Assembly: GCA_023213395.1 (NCBI GenBank)
Contig: CM041465.1
Location: 213,101,741-213,165,740, forward strand
Source of the DNA: Cycas panzhihuaensis
Taxonomy: Eukaryota > Plantae > Cycadophyta
Reading direction: 5' to 3'
Length of the DNA stretch: 64,000 nucleotides
The notes under the pieces were generated by a model. That model searched no databases and had not been told where the DNA came from. It worked only from the letters and a program-made list of their open reading frames with translations. The position numbers and the translations under genes are program-made. Below, one piece after another: positions 61,757 through 64,000 of this stretch. Positions within the stretch are counted from its first letter, which is position 1. Each line of letters starts with the position of its first letter.

Positions 61757-64000
61757 CATAGGAGTACTATTCATAATGGAGAATTTGGTGAAGTAATTAA
61801 AACTAGACAATCCATTAGAATAAGTTATTGAATGGGTAAAGATTAAAGTATTATAACTTAAGGAGATAGTCAAAAGTTTTAATAAAACCATACCCTTGTA
61901 TGATTTATACCCTATGATAGTAATCAACATTCTAGTGAAGATATTTTGAAATGTAATTATTGATGGAGGACAAATAGTGAATGTGTTGCCAACATTCACT
62001 TGGAAAATATTAGGGAGCCAAAAACTACTCATTGAATTTGGCCAATCATGTTTTGGTAAAACTAGTGAGAAACTACCTAATATAAAAGTAAACACTGTTG
62101 GCATTTTGGTTTTGGTGGATTTCACTATAGTGGAGATGGTAAAAGAAGTAGTGGCCTACCTAGCTTTGTTAGGTCATCCCTAGTTTCACAAAATAGATTA
62201 TCTATAAAGTTGGAGGGACATTACTTTTACATTGTTAGATGATGGAAATGAAGTGGTGTTGTTAATATTAACCAATGAAAATTTTACTATAGAGGTCATT
62301 CTCAATAATGCCTCAAGTACAACTATCATAAGTGATGACACATCATCCTCACTCAATGAGTCATATTTATACCATACAATCGAAGAGGTAAAGACAATGA
62401 ATAATCCTCATAATAATGAGCCTAACTACTATGGGAAACTTTAATTAAAAAAGCTTTTCAAATAAACAAAAAGTAAAGAATATTGTAGACTACTAGATAA
62501 ACGAATCATATGAGGCAGATCCTCCCTCATTCTATTGTAACCTACTCTCTATTTATTCTACCATTAACATGGATATTAATGCTACAAATAATTTGGAGTA
62601 TATTAGTGTTGTGTGTGATTCTAGTAGTGATAAATTAGGAAATAGTATAATGAATAAATATTCTTAAAGTATGGATGATAAATTTATAGATGTTTATTTA
62701 GTACTACAACCTATAGGAAATGAATAAAAACTAATAGAAATAGTGGAATCCACTCTCTTATCTTCTAAATTTCCTAACCTTAGCACGAGTCATAGCCCCA
62801 ATCTTATTCCTAACACCAATCCTAACCTTATCCCTATACCTTAGTTTGGAACAAAATGTTTGATTAGCCTTCCCCCAAATCCTACTCTTCCTTCTACTTT
62901 GGGAGTAAAAATCAAGATAGAATACCTTCCCAACCCCTACCCTACTCAAGGGAAACTAGATCTAGTTCCTCCCTATCCTTTTTTAAGGTGTATCCACCTA
63001 GTGATCAATCTTCTTTATCTAAGGAAGATAGACCCAAGGGTTTAGGACCCACAACATTCCTTAATCACCTAAGAGATACTTCCCTTAGTATCAAAGCCCC
63101 CATAACTAATGATAAGAGAGATTTACCATACATTAGAGACATAGTAGCTCCATTCATAGGAAAGGAATTATATGGTACTAATTATTTAATTAAGTGTATA
63201 GAATATTATTTAAATAGTAGAATCATAGATAAATCATATCAGACTTTGTCCTTACCTTACATGGCCTAACTTAGTGGTAGTATTTGGCCCACCAAACATC
63301 ATTTTGTAGTTAGGTAGATTTGCAAGTAAAATTTAGGTTGTAATTTAATACCTCTAAAAATTTCTATATTCTTCCTTTCTAGTGGGGAAATTCCCCTTTA
63401 AACATGTTAGTAAATGTAAAACTATTTAGAGATCATAGAGCATCTCAAAGTAGAATTTGGTATATATGTTCTATCATATCTTAGGAAAATTAGGGAAACA
63501 ATGGTTAATTAGAGAAGATAAAATTAAGGAAGCCTTGCAACACTAATTAAAACACTCATTCATTAGGTCATTTTCATATATATCAAAATATTAAACCATA
63601 AATCAAGTGCTAAAACATATTAGAGAAATAAGTATAGAAGTAGAATAAGCAAAATCCATATCAATGGCATGAATAATTAAGAGTGAGGGTAAGGAAGAGG
63701 AGGAGACTCATAATTTTCCTCTAGAATAAATATAATCAAAAAATGAAAGTTGGGAGGTAGAGGCGATCCCAATCCATTAAGTAATAGATGACTAATGAGT
63801 AAATTTTGATGAAATAAAAACTATAAAGGTGGATTTAGAGAATGATCACATCATTATAATTGGGGATTACTAGAATGACAAAATGATGGTTGAAGTATAA
63901 ATATTATTTGAAGAATATAAATATGTATTTTCATGGTCATATAAAATTTTGAAAGGCATTCCTCCAAAAATTAGAATATACCACATTGATTTGATTGAAG
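61757..64000 (+). pseudogene. pol: continuation of the host Gypsy (Tat/Athila-like): protease, long linker, start of RT
   Basis: VIIDGGQIVNVLPTFTWKILG...AYLALLGHP (protease); EEYKYVFSWSYKILKGIPPKIRIYHIDLIE (RT lead-in of non-chromoviruses). Confidence 0.8.

Overview
AT-rich, gene-free plant heterochromatin made almost entirely of nested, decayed retrotransposons. The host is probably a gymnosperm, inferred from the element types. I see no intact host gene, RNA gene or CRISPR array. Layout from left to right: (1) An old Copia element (gag 3.6-4.1 kb, pol 15.9-19.3 kb) is hit by two head-to-head copies of one non-autonomous LTR family, A (1-3138, minus) and B (4120-15874, plus). B carries an antisense, apparently intronless fragment of a host 2-oxoglutarate dioxygenase (SRG1-like) gene and a full-length L1 LINE with an 18-bp TSD. 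(2) LTR remnants at 20.7-21.5 kb. (3) A Tork/Tnt1-like Copia at 23.5-28.5 kb. (4) An old non-chromovirus Gypsy host is interrupted by a non-coding LTR element C (30064-53898). C holds a 20-kb Tat element with 2.9-kb LTRs and an archaeal-type RNase H downstream of integrase, and the Tat element holds a 2-kb gag-only element D. (5) The same Gypsy host is also interrupted by a CRM-type chromovirus (55289-61751) with a perfect GACAT TSD. Most interesting: the gene cargo in B, the L1 with ORF1 and ORF2 in one unbroken frame, the 3' archaeal RNase H, inverted repeats bracketing the PPT in several unrelated Copia-type families, and two non-canonical insertion junctions. All identities are manual estimates, not computed.
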